Positions 25,904 through 33,472 of a stretch of 34,377 nt of DNA are shown here, piece after piece (within the stretch, counting starts at the first letter, position 1; every line of letters starts with the position of its first letter). The notes beneath the pieces were generated by a model, which saw only the letters and a list, made by a program, of their open reading frames with translations, did no database searches and was not told where the DNA came from. Position numbers and translations under genes: made by a program. Location: the IMG/VR virus record IMGVR_UViG_3300037603_000033, positions 1-34,377 of that record. One strand, written 5' to 3'. The stretch is from a virus. Taxonomy: Duplodnaviria; Caudoviricetes.

Positions 25904-28120
25904 ATGAGCAAGCAAAATTTTCTTTTAGGCCGGGGTGAACGCCTTACAGACGATATCGTCATCAAAGGTGGTGGAGCCCCTAAGGATCCCCCTTACACAT
26001 TCAGCGAGGCTCGCGGCAGGCTTTTGCCAATGGTCAAAGAGGCGTCATCTCGCATTGATGAACTTCCTCAAGCGGCTTGCCCGGGTGATGAGGCAGTCAT
26101 CTCGCTAACGCTAAACCCGGAATACATTGCAAAATCCTACTTTCCACATGAACTCATGCGGGATGTGGGCATTGAAGTGATTGGTAGCCGCCCCAAAAAA
26201 ACAATCCCAGCAAAACGATCACGGGGCAGGGAACCGGAAGCGGCCGTAACGACCGAACTATTCGCAAGAGGCCCCAGATCCGCTATCCGATCATGGAGCC
26301 AACAACTTCCGGATTGGCGCGCGAATAGAGGAAGCGCAAAGGCTCTCGTTTCTATCGAAGAGGTCCTAGCACCAGCTCCGCACGCAAAAATCAAAGGGGC
26401 ACTTCCCCAACAAGGGCGAATGGCGTTGGAAACAGTACTGCATGCGAACGAACTAGAACGAGGCATGCTTAAAGCGTTCGTAGAATACCTTGAAAGCGAA
26501 GAAATCGAAGTGGACCTCGGCCGACGCTTCTTCGCCAAAGGTTTGTGCTTCCTCGAACTTGATGCGCCAGCGGAACGAGCAAATGATATAGCACTCTTTA
26601 CGGGTGTTCGAACTTTGAGGCAAATGCCCGGTTTGAGAATTCTACGGCCGACCATTCGTTCGGCAGGAATTCCAACTACCGACCTGGAACTACCCTCCGA
26701 AGGACCCGTGTCAGAAGATGTCCGGGTGGCGATCTTTGACGGAGGCATTCCGGAGAACCACCCTTTGACCCAATGGGCGATACCCCATGAACTTCCAGGA
26801 ATGCTCCCAGCAACAGCCGATGACCTGTCACACGGCGTTGGTGTGACATCAGCGGCCTTGTTTGGACACATCAACACCAAAGAGCCTTTACCGCGTCCCT
26901 ATGCAAATATCGACCATTACCGAGTTTTGGATGAAGAGCCGGGGCAAAACCCACACGAGCTCTACGAAATCCTTGAAAGGATTGAAGGCGTGCTGTCGAG
27001 CCAGGAGTATGATTTCATCAACCTGAGTCTCGGCCCCTGCCTGCCCATAGAGGACGATGACGTGCACGCTTGGACCGCCGTTCTGGATGACCGCCTGTCA
27101 CGAGTATCGACATTGGCAATGATTGCCGTCGGGAACGATGGGGAGGGGGATTCCATACTAGGCTTGGACCGTGTTCAGGTTCCCTCCGACTGCGTCAACG
27201 CTTTGGCAATCGGCGCCTGCGATTCGCCGGGAAAGGATTGGCAGCGCGCGCCCTACAGCTCAAAGGGACCGGGGCGCAGTCCAGGCCTAGTGAAGCCCGA
27301 TCTGGTCGATTTCGGAGGCGAGTTCAGCCGACCCTTCGTAGTTGTAGCACCCGATGCGACACCCTCGCTCACTACGACTGGAGGCACGTCCTTCGCCACA
27401 CCAAGCGTCTTGCGGTTGGGCACCGGCATTCGCGCCCATTTCGGAAGCAACCTGAACCATCTCGCCATTCGTACTCTCCTTGTGCATACATGCGAGGAAG
27501 GTGACCAGGATCACAAAGAAATCGGTTGGGGGCGTGTTGCGCGCAGCTTGAACGACGTCATCCTTTGTGACGACGACACTTTTCGGGTTGTGTACCAGGG
27601 CGAAATTTCGCCTGCAAAATATATCCGCGCAGCAATCCCTGTTCCGTCAGCGCAGATGAGCGGCATGGTCTCCATCAAGGCCACGCTCTGCTACAAAACC
27701 CAGACAGACCCGCACCACCCCGGAAACTATACCCAAGCCGGGTTGGAAGTGACCTTCCGCCCCAACGACACAAAGTTTTCGCGCGACAAACAGGTACATC
27801 CGGATTCTGACAGCTTCTTTGGATCAACTTTACCGGGCGCGACGGAGGATGAATTAAGACGCGACGCCTGGAAGTGGGAAAACTGCCTTCATGCGGTCAA
27901 ACGTAAACGCGGCAGCTCGCTGATCAACCCTTGCTTCGACATCCACTACAACGCCCGACTTGAAGGACGCAACTTCGCTCCTCCTGAAAACCTGAGCTAC
28001 GCGATGGTAGTTACTGTACAAGCCAAGCGTGTCGCTGACCTCTACGATCAGGTCGTACGTAAGTATGCCACACAAATCGAGCCGCTTCGGCCGATTTTGG
28101 AAGTGCCGATCCGCACCTGA
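25904..28120 (+). CDS. ietS: S8 (subtilisin-like) serine peptidase of an IetAS-type system
   Basis: Triad D (VAIFDGG), H (SHGVGVTS), S (GGTSFATP); INLSLGP, AVGNDG, VKPDLVDFGG; no signal peptide. Confidence 0.88.
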   Translation: MSKQNFLLGRGERLTDDIVIKGGGAPKDPPYTFSEARGRLLPMVKEASSRIDELPQAACPGDEAVISLTLNPEYIAKSYFPHELMRDVGIEVIGSRPKKTIPAKRSRGREPEAAVTTELFARGPRSAIRSWSQQLPDWRANRGSAKALVSIEEVLAPAPHAKIKGALPQQGRMALETVLHANELERGMLKAFVEYLESEEIEVDLGRRFFAKGLCFLELDAPAERANDIALFTGVRTLRQMPGLRILRPTIRSAGIPTTDLELPSEGPVSEDVRVAIFDGGIPENHPLTQWAIPHELPGMLPATADDLSHGVGVTSAALFGHINTKEPLPRPYANIDHYRVLDEEPGQNPHELYEILERIEGVLSSQEYDFINLSLGPCLPIEDDDVHAWTAVLDDRLSRVSTLAMIAVGNDGEGDSILGLDRVQVPSDCVNALAIGACDSPGKDWQRAPYSSKGPGRSPGLVKPDLVDFGGEFSRPFVVVAPDATPSLTTTGGTSFATPSVLRLGTGIRAHFGSNLNHLAIRTLLVHTCEEGDQDHKEIGWGRVARSLNDVILCDDDTFRVVYQGEISPAKYIRAAIPVPSAQMSGMVSIKATLCYKTQTDPHHPGNYTQAGLEVTFRPNDTKFSRDKQVHPDSDSFFGSTLPGATEDELRRDAWKWENCLHAVKRKRGSSLINPCFDIHYNARLEGRNFAPPENLSYAMVVTVQAKRVADLYDQVVRKYATQIEPLRPILEVPIRT

Positions 28121-28135
28121 TGATCTGCGATGCAC

Positions 28136-28169
28136 AAAAAAGCCCCGCTGCCTGGCGGGGCTTTCTGTT
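28136..28169. terminator. Bidirectional intrinsic terminator
   Basis: AAAAAAGCCCCGC-TGCCTG-GCGGGGCTTTCTGTT between the convergent S8 gene and the early operon. Confidence 0.85.
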
Positions 28170-28171
28170 CA

Positions 28172-28396
28172 TCACAGCAGCTTGAGCTCTGCGATCACAG
28201 CTATGTCGCGGCTTCGGGCGCGCCGCCATCTCGTTTCTACTCCTGTGCATTTTTCCGGCGCACTCGGGGCCAGCCGGTAGAAATGCTTCATTTCCCCTTC
28301 CACCTCGACAACGACGCCGCCGAGAAAGGTAGCGCGCGCCCGTGCTTTCCCAGTCTTCTGCCAAAGGGAAACGTATCGGTATCCAAATCCTGGCAT
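28172..28396 (-). CDS. Hypothetical phage protein (74 aa)
   Basis: GGGAGG RBS before ATG 28396; fills the gap between the activator gene and the terminator. Confidence 0.6.
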   Translation of the reverse strand: MPGFGYRYVSLWQKTGKARARATFLGGVVVEVEGEMKHFYRLAPSAPEKCTGVETRWRRARSRDIAVIAELKLL

Positions 28397-28406
28397 TGCG
28401 GCCTCC

Positions 28407-28973
28407 CTACCCCAACCGTTTGCGCCAATAGTCGGCCGCATCCAGCAACGCTTTCGCTGTTTTCTGCTCAATGCCCATTTCCTGCGCGATCTCGCTAAGG
28501 GTCGCCCCTGCATCCCACTGCCGCAGCGCGTGGTCTGCCAGATACGCCTTGCGCAATGCGTGACATGCTGGCAGCTCGAGAATGCAGTTCCCATGGCTGA
28601 AACTCAGGCGGCGGGCAGCATCAAGGCCGATCATCGAAACTATCCGGTGTTCTTCGGCGATCTCGGCAGGAACGTACAACTGCCGCCGCCACCGGCGCTT
28701 GCCCCGCGCGCGTGTGCCCTCCACAAGCCGAACCGCCAGCCCGCGGCCGATCACCTCGGCAATCTCTTCCACACTCTCTGGCAGGCTGACAGTGCGCCCC
28801 CTGCCTTCTGCGAAGTCTGCGAGCGGGTAGCGCACCACATCAGGCAGATCGAGCTGGGCGGCCACCTCTGCCGGGGCGGGGCGTTGCGGCGCTGGGCGCC
28901 CAGCGCGTTGCGACTGATCCAGAAGTCCGCGCAGCATTTTGATTTCTGCTTTCAGATCCTCGACCTTGCCCAT
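28407..28973 (-). CDS. Mor / Mu C-like transcription activator (probable late activator)
   Basis: LPESVEEIAEVIGRGLAVRLV...LYVP...IGLDAARRLSFSHGNCILELP and C-terminal HTH (GATLSEIAQEMGIEQKTAKALL); at the end of the early operon. Confidence 0.75.
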   Translation of the reverse strand: MGKVEDLKAEIKMLRGLLDQSQRAGRPAPQRPAPAEVAAQLDLPDVVRYPLADFAEGRGRTVSLPESVEEIAEVIGRGLAVRLVEGTRARGKRRWRRQLYVPAEIAEEHRIVSMIGLDAARRLSFSHGNCILELPACHALRKAYLADHALRQWDAGATLSEIAQEMGIEQKTAKALLDAADYWRKRLG

Positions 28974-28976
28974 AGG

Positions 28977-29399
28977 TCAGCCCTTCGCCTTTGTGACTAG
29001 GATCTCCATGCCCTGGGCAAGCAAGATGGCACGCTTCAGCTTGAACACGTCGGTTTCATGGCCCTTGCGGTCCTCGATCACCGCGCAGCCAAGCCGCTTG
29101 TCGACATAGGTGAAATCCGCGCGATAAACGCGCTGCTGCTTGCCGCTGTCAGTCATGATGGGGCCATCGCGCCCTTCCAAGGGGATTTCCACTTGTCGAC
29201 GCAAACCGCAAATCTCGCCCGCCGACTGCAGCAGCTGCAGCTCTGCCCAGCGCTGGGCCTCTGTCTTGCTGTCATGGGTGATACCGTCTGCAGTGGTGGT
29301 GCGCTGTGTTCCCCGTACACGGCGCTTGTCCTTCCCCTGTTCGCGATATGTCTCTCTCAGCGCTTCTCGGTACTGCTCTGCCGTCAAACGTTCTGTCAT
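28977..29399 (-). CDS. DUF1064-family PD-(D/E)XK endonuclease
   Basis: DGITHDSKTEAQRWAEL...GEICGLRRQV...YRADFTY...IEDRKG. Confidence 0.85.
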   Translation of the reverse strand: MTERLTAEQYREALRETYREQGKDKRRVRGTQRTTTADGITHDSKTEAQRWAELQLLQSAGEICGLRRQVEIPLEGRDGPIMTDSGKQQRVYRADFTYVDKRLGCAVIEDRKGHETDVFKLKRAILLAQGMEILVTKAKG

Positions 29400-29406
29400 G
29401 GCGTCC

Positions 29407-30441
29407 TCACATGCCCAGCGCTTCTTTGTACATGTCGAGCACTGCCTCTTCCTCGGCGATGTCGTTTTGATCACGCTTGCGCAGTGCGATGATCTTGCGC
29501 ATCACCTTGGTGTCGTATCCCCGCCCTTTGGCTTCAGCCATCACCTCTTTTTGCTGTTCAGCGATGGTCTTTTTCTCTTCATCCAAGCGCTCGAAGCGTT
29601 CGATGAAATGGCGCAGCTCGCTTGCGGTGGCTCGATACGCGGAGCTCGAAGCGCTGTCGAAGTCAGGATCAGCTTTCATCTTGGGCTTCCCGCTCTTCTT
29701 GCGCTGGGCCTCATGCTGCTTCTGCAGCTCTTTGGCGGCAATGTCGTCTGTCGCTGCCGTCAGCATCTGAACGATGGTATCGCGGTCGGCGTCCTCAGGA
29801 ATGGCGGCCTGCAGAGCAATAGCGGCCCGGATGGTCTCAATGGTAGCCACTTCGCGCTTGCCCACGCTGTTCGGTGCAGAGACGATCCCCGCCTCTTCCA
29901 TGCGCTCCACCAGGCGGGCAGCCTTGTTGTAGCCGATGGCAAGTTTGCGCTGGATGAAAGACGTGCTGGCCTTCTGTTCCCTCACCACCACCGCAGCAGC
30001 GCGGAAATAGAGCGCATCGCCTTCGGAATTTAGCTGGCCTTCGGTGGGCGCATCGTCTTGTCCTTGGAAGGCATTCGCGCCGACGCGGACGTGTACCCCC
30101 TCACCAAACGGAATGTGCCCCGGATCGGGTTTCTGAACCGGCTGAACGATTTTCCTGATCATCCCGGTTTTGTCAGAGCTGCGCCGGATCTCTTCCCAGC
30201 GCGCCGCCAGAGCTGCCCAATATGCGTTCACCTCTGCCATGCGGTGCAATTCGCCGCGCAGGCTGGGCACCATGTCGAGCAGCTTTTCGCAACGGCCAAA
30301 ATCGGCTGCGTCGAGCGGATAACTGCCGTCCTGGCTTCCTGCGCCTACTAGATGCGCAGCGATGGCGTGAGCGGACGCCCCGGCGCCCCCTGACTTCACC
30401 CAATCGTTGTAACCTTCTGGTGCCTCGTCGAAATCGAGCAT
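29407..30441 (-). CDS. Multidomain protein: phage N-terminal domain + FtsK gamma domain + GapR (DUF2312) domain
   Basis: aa ~142-198 DALY...KASTSFIQRKLAIGYNKAARLVERMEEAGIVS...GKREV; aa ~272-344 ELRHFIERFERLDEEKK...EAKGRGYDTKVMRKIIALRK...LDMYKEALGM. Confidence 0.9.
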   Translation of the reverse strand: MLDFDEAPEGYNDWVKSGGAGASAHAIAAHLVGAGSQDGSYPLDAADFGRCEKLLDMVPSLRGELHRMAEVNAYWAALAARWEEIRRSSDKTGMIRKIVQPVQKPDPGHIPFGEGVHVRVGANAFQGQDDAPTEGQLNSEGDALYFRAAAVVVREQKASTSFIQRKLAIGYNKAARLVERMEEAGIVSAPNSVGKREVATIETIRAAIALQAAIPEDADRDTIVQMLTAATDDIAAKELQKQHEAQRKKSGKPKMKADPDFDSASSSAYRATASELRHFIERFERLDEEKKTIAEQQKEVMAEAKGRGYDTKVMRKIIALRKRDQNDIAEEEAVLDMYKEALGM

Positions 30442-30442
30442 C

Positions 30443-30736
30443 TTACCGCTTCCTTTCCTGATGGTTTATCAGCTGGCGCCCGGCGAATTTGAGCGCGCTG
30501 GCCATGTCTCCGGCGTGGGGGTGCTGTTGCGGCTTCCGGCTCAACCAGTTTTGCGTTCTGTAGGCTGCCCGGATCTCATCGAGGCTGTTGAACCGCTTGC
30601 GGCTGGGAACCTCCTGGCCGACCAGCCCCTTGCCTGGGGCAATGATGATGCAATCGCCGAGTTCCAGATCGACGGTCACGGTGATCTTGCCGAACGTGGT
30701 GCCATGGGTGTCGGGGTCGAGGTGCGGGCTGGTCAT
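30443..30736 (-). CDS. Hypothetical phage protein (97 aa)
   Basis: ATGA overlap with the initiator stop; ends 1 nt before the next start. Confidence 0.7.
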   Translation of the reverse strand: MTSPHLDPDTHGTTFGKITVTVDLELGDCIIIAPGKGLVGQEVPSRKRFNSLDEIRAAYRTQNWLSRKPQQHPHAGDMASALKFAGRQLINHQERKR

Positions 30737-31641
30737 ACGTTGATCCCCGCCGCCTGGCAGTCGGCTGCCGTGACCAGACCCGCCGCGATACACTCGCCCG
30801 CTTGGCTGGGCTTGATGGTCCGCGCCCAAGGCTTGCGCTCGAGGATCTCTTGGGCCCGCGCTTCCAGCACCTTCTGAGGGTCAACGCTCTCGACCGGCGC
30901 TGTGACGTGCTGGCGCCAACGCTTCTCGTCGATCCAGTTCTCGGAATATTTGATGAACCGCGGTTTGTTTCCCGCCTGCTCGGTGGCATAGGCCCGAGCT
31001 CCCGCCAAAATCTCTTTCGGCTCAGCGCCAGCGCCCAGCGCTTCTTTCAGCGATTCCTCGGTCGCCTCTGGGTCGCCCATCCGGGGATAGGCGCCGACGA
31101 ACTCAGCGAAGAAACCATCAAAATCGAAATCTGATTTGTGCGGGGCGGAAGCCGCGCAAGGTTCTTTTACTGGTTCTCTTACAAAGGTTAGTGTCTCATT
31201 TTGAGACATGGTTTTCGCGTTTTTTGAGACATGGTTTTCGCGTTTTTTGAGACACGGAACCGTGTCGCAATTTGAGACATGGCCGCTAGATTTGTTCTCT
31301 TTTTGCCCCCGATTTTTCCGTGTCTCAGTTTGAGACACGGCATTTTCAATGTGTGGGGGGCGGTCGAAGTTGAGGCCCAAGATATAGAAGGTGGAAAGCG
31401 ACTTGCCGGTGCGCGGATCGATGCGCGGAACACGCCGGATCATTTCCAGTTCTTCGAGAGTGTCGAGGTGACGGTTCACTGTGGCGCGGGACATGTTGCA
31501 GTCCGCGGCCAGGGTGGCCTGATCCGGGTCACACCGGAGAGTGTCTTTGTTGTGCCTGTCTGCCAGCTGGATCAGCACCACCCAGGGGGCGGGCTTCAAA
31601 TGCCGCTGATCCAGTGCCCAGCTAACTGCCTTGTGGCTCAT
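30733..31641 (-). CDS. Phage replication initiator (N-terminal winged HTH)
   Basis: MSHKAVSWA...VLIQLADRHN...PDQATLAADCNMSRATVNRHLDTLEELEMIRR; iteron-coded linker; C-terminal F..F...YP...FIKYSENWIDEKRW. Confidence 0.85.
   Translation of the reverse strand: MSHKAVSWALDQRHLKPAPWVVLIQLADRHNKDTLRCDPDQATLAADCNMSRATVNRHLDTLEELEMIRRVPRIDPRTGKSLSTFYILGLNFDRPPHIENAVSQTETRKNRGQKENKSSGHVSNCDTVPCLKKRENHVSKNAKTMSQNETLTFVREPVKEPCAASAPHKSDFDFDGFFAEFVGAYPRMGDPEATEESLKEALGAGAEPKEILAGARAYATEQAGNKPRFIKYSENWIDEKRWRQHVTAPVESVDPQKVLEARAQEILERKPWARTIKPSQAGECIAAGLVTAADCQAAGINV
31191..31340. repeat. Iteron cluster / probable phage replication origin inside the initiator gene
   Basis: TTGAGACA at 31201, 31224, 31247, 31272, 31330; exact 23-bp tandem repeat 31201-31246; palindromes TGTC(T/G)CA-N3-TGAGACA at 31192, 31263, 31321; AT-rich tract 31161-31190. 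Confidence 0.85.
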
Positions 31642-31847
31642 GCTTGGCTCCTGTTGCTCGATTGCTTACGCCCAGCGCGCTGGGCGGCTCCTGCGGGGCC
31701 TGTGCTGCCCTCGGCGGCCGCTATGCGGGCCGTGACGGCATTCAGGCGTTTCATGTTGCGCGCGGTGCTGCGGTGGCCTCTGCGCGCCTTGTGCGCGTCG
31801 GTGAGCAAGCAAAGGCGCTCAACCTTGGCGACGATCAGCTCGGCCAT
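31638..31847 (-). CDS. Hypothetical phage protein (69 aa)
   Basis: GGGAGGG RBS; stop overlaps the initiator start (ATGA). Confidence 0.6.
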   Translation of the reverse strand: MAELIVAKVERLCLLTDAHKARRGHRSTARNMKRLNAVTARIAAAEGSTGPAGAAQRAGRKQSSNRSQA

Positions 31848-32383
31848 GTTGCCCTCCCATAGAACTCGGTGGGGGCGCTGGCGGGCCGATCAAACAGATG
31901 CCAGGCGACATTGTCCTTGCCGGTCTGGTTGGTGCCCTCGATCCAGCACAGGCGCCCTACGGACACGACCTTGCGAAGACGGGACATGTACGGCCGAGCC
32001 TGGGCTGTGTGGATCCAATCAGCATCGAACAACAGCCAGGTCGGCAGCGCGTCCGAAAACTGGACAATCATCTGATGCAGAATGCTACGCGTCCAAGCAG
32101 GGTTGGTGATGATCGCCTCGGCGCCTGTGCCGCGGATCTCGTCTGGCGTGGCCGTCAAGGCATCAGATCGAAAGATCCATTCATCCTGCGGTCTGATATC
32201 GGTAGCGACAACGCAATGGTGACCCTGGGCCATCAGCTCAAGCGCCATATCTCCGCGGCCTGCGCAAGGCTCCCAGAACTTCACGCGCGGCGGCAGGTGT
32301 CGCAGCAATGGCGGATAGGCCCGCTTGTCGAAGGTCAGGTATGCGTCGTTCTTCCGACGCTGGAAAGAGCTGCGCTTTCCCAT
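31835..32383 (-). CDS. Small orphan SAM-dependent DNA methyltransferase (amino-MTase type)
   Basis: Motif I-like FWEPCAGRGD and motif IV-like IITNPAW; start MGKRSSF at 32383. Confidence 0.8.
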   Translation of the reverse strand: MGKRSSFQRRKNDAYLTFDKRAYPPLLRHLPPRVKFWEPCAGRGDMALELMAQGHHCVVATDIRPQDEWIFRSDALTATPDEIRGTGAEAIITNPAWTRSILHQMIVQFSDALPTWLLFDADWIHTAQARPYMSRLRKVVSVGRLCWIEGTNQTGKDNVAWHLFDRPASAPTEFYGRATWPS

Positions 32384-32577
32384 CAGCCCGCCCTCTGGTG
32401 AATTGTAGGCAGTGACGGGGGAACCCGCCTCTGGCACCTGCCTGCACCCCGGTGGCCGCACTTACCGGATACAAATGACCCAGACAGGGCGCGCCAGGTC
32501 CGGTTGTCAGTGCTGCCTTGTTGTCCCGCTGTCCCGTGATGCCCAGCGGCAGGTTCACCCGGCGCTTGTCCGGTGAT

Positions 32578-32645
32578 GCGCGGCAGGGCATATGCCCCGC
32601 CGCGCGCATTCATCCCGCCCTTGGGAGGAGGACTGGCAGGATGAA
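32578..32645 (-). ncRNA. Candidate structured RNA: cuckoo-type hairpin (CCUCCUCCC loop) plus adjacent GC-rich hairpin
   Basis: UUCAUCCUGCC-agu CCUCCUCCC aag-GGCGGGAUGAA (11-bp stem), then GCGCGGCGGGGC-AUAU-GCCCUGCCGCGC; both stems need G-U pairs that exist only on the minus strand. Confidence 0.55.
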
Positions 32646-32681
32646 AACTATGGCGTCGCATCCATTCGGGACAACCGCCAG

Positions 32682-32709
32682 TAGACAGCATGTTTACCGC
32701 GTCTATAGT
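32682..32709 (+). promoter_or_regulatory. Sigma70-like promoter for the antisense three-gene cassette
   Basis: TAGACA-N16-TATAGT about 60 nt upstream of the AAGGAG RBS. Confidence 0.6.
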
Positions 32710-32785
32710 CTGGTTGCGGGCCGCGCCTCGCACGCGCGACCCGCTACACCCCTTCCTTCGCACACAAGAAAGGAGCGCATCTGAG

Positions 32786-32890
32786 ATGCTTGAAGAAAGA
32801 AGCCTGCCGTCTGCGGCCGGAACCGAAAAACGCGGCTGGGGCCCCGGCCAACCGAAGCCACCAAAAGAAGAAGATTCAGAGGACGACTGA
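32786..32890 (+). CDS. 34-aa peptide with one KRGWGPGQP motif
   Basis: AAAGGAG RBS; MLEERSLPSAAGTEKRGWGPGQPKPPKEEDSEDD; stop 2 nt before the next ATG; motif shared with the 33473 ORF. Confidence 0.7.
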   Translation: MLEERSLPSAAGTEKRGWGPGQPKPPKEEDSEDD

Positions 32891-32892
32891 AA

Positions 32893-33471
32893 ATGGAACA
32901 CGAAGCCCAGAACTTTGAATTCAACGCCCTGCGTAATGCACTCTACCACACCGCCCGACGCAGGACCTTCGAGAGCTGGGCACGGTGGCTCAACTTCTTC
33001 GTGGTCCTTCTGGGCGCCGCGACGATCTCCGACCTGCTCACTCCATACGGAATTCGAACCGTGCATCTGGGTGCCGCAACTGCGGTGATCGGCGCTTTGC
33101 AGTTGACGTTTGATTTCGGCGGACGCGCCCGAGTGCATCAAGTCTTGCAGCGCGACTTCTATAAAGCTCTGGCTGATTTTCAGGCCATTGAGGAACCCGC
33201 CGCCGCGGACATAGCCGCAGCTAAGGCAGCGCTCTCTGTAACAATGGCAGATGAACCGCCGGTGATGCGAGCAATAGATACCAAGGCATATAACGATGCT
33301 CTGGCTGCCATGGGTCACTATCCCAAGGATCAGCGCATGCACATTCCCGTCTGGCACCTGCCTTTGAAGAACTTTTGGAGCTTCGATGGCTGGGACTACC
33401 AAAAGCTCTGTGAGCTCAAACAGAAACGCGCACTGGCTCTCACCCGGCGCTCCCAAAAGGAAAAAAGCTGA
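32893..33471 (+). CDS. Two-TM membrane protein, SLATT-like
   Basis: Helix with YH..RRR, TM1 WLNFFVVLLGAATI, TM2 LGAATAVIGALQLTFDF, then RARVH..L...Y and helical tail with DEPP. Confidence 0.75.
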   Translation: MEHEAQNFEFNALRNALYHTARRRTFESWARWLNFFVVLLGAATISDLLTPYGIRTVHLGAATAVIGALQLTFDFGGRARVHQVLQRDFYKALADFQAIEEPAAADIAAAKAALSVTMADEPPVMRAIDTKAYNDALAAMGHYPKDQRMHIPVWHLPLKNFWSFDGWDYQKLCELKQKRALALTRRSQKEKS

Positions 33472-33472
33472 A

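Noticed and set aside
31191-31340. TGAGAC repeats as a CRISPR array
   Set aside because: No unique spacers and no cas genes; intragenic position fits iterons
32391-32435. Partial late-motif matches (CCCTCTGGTG, GCCTCTGGCA)
   Set aside because: Both lack the GCGG-W-run-CC part; the first doubles as the methyltransferase RBS
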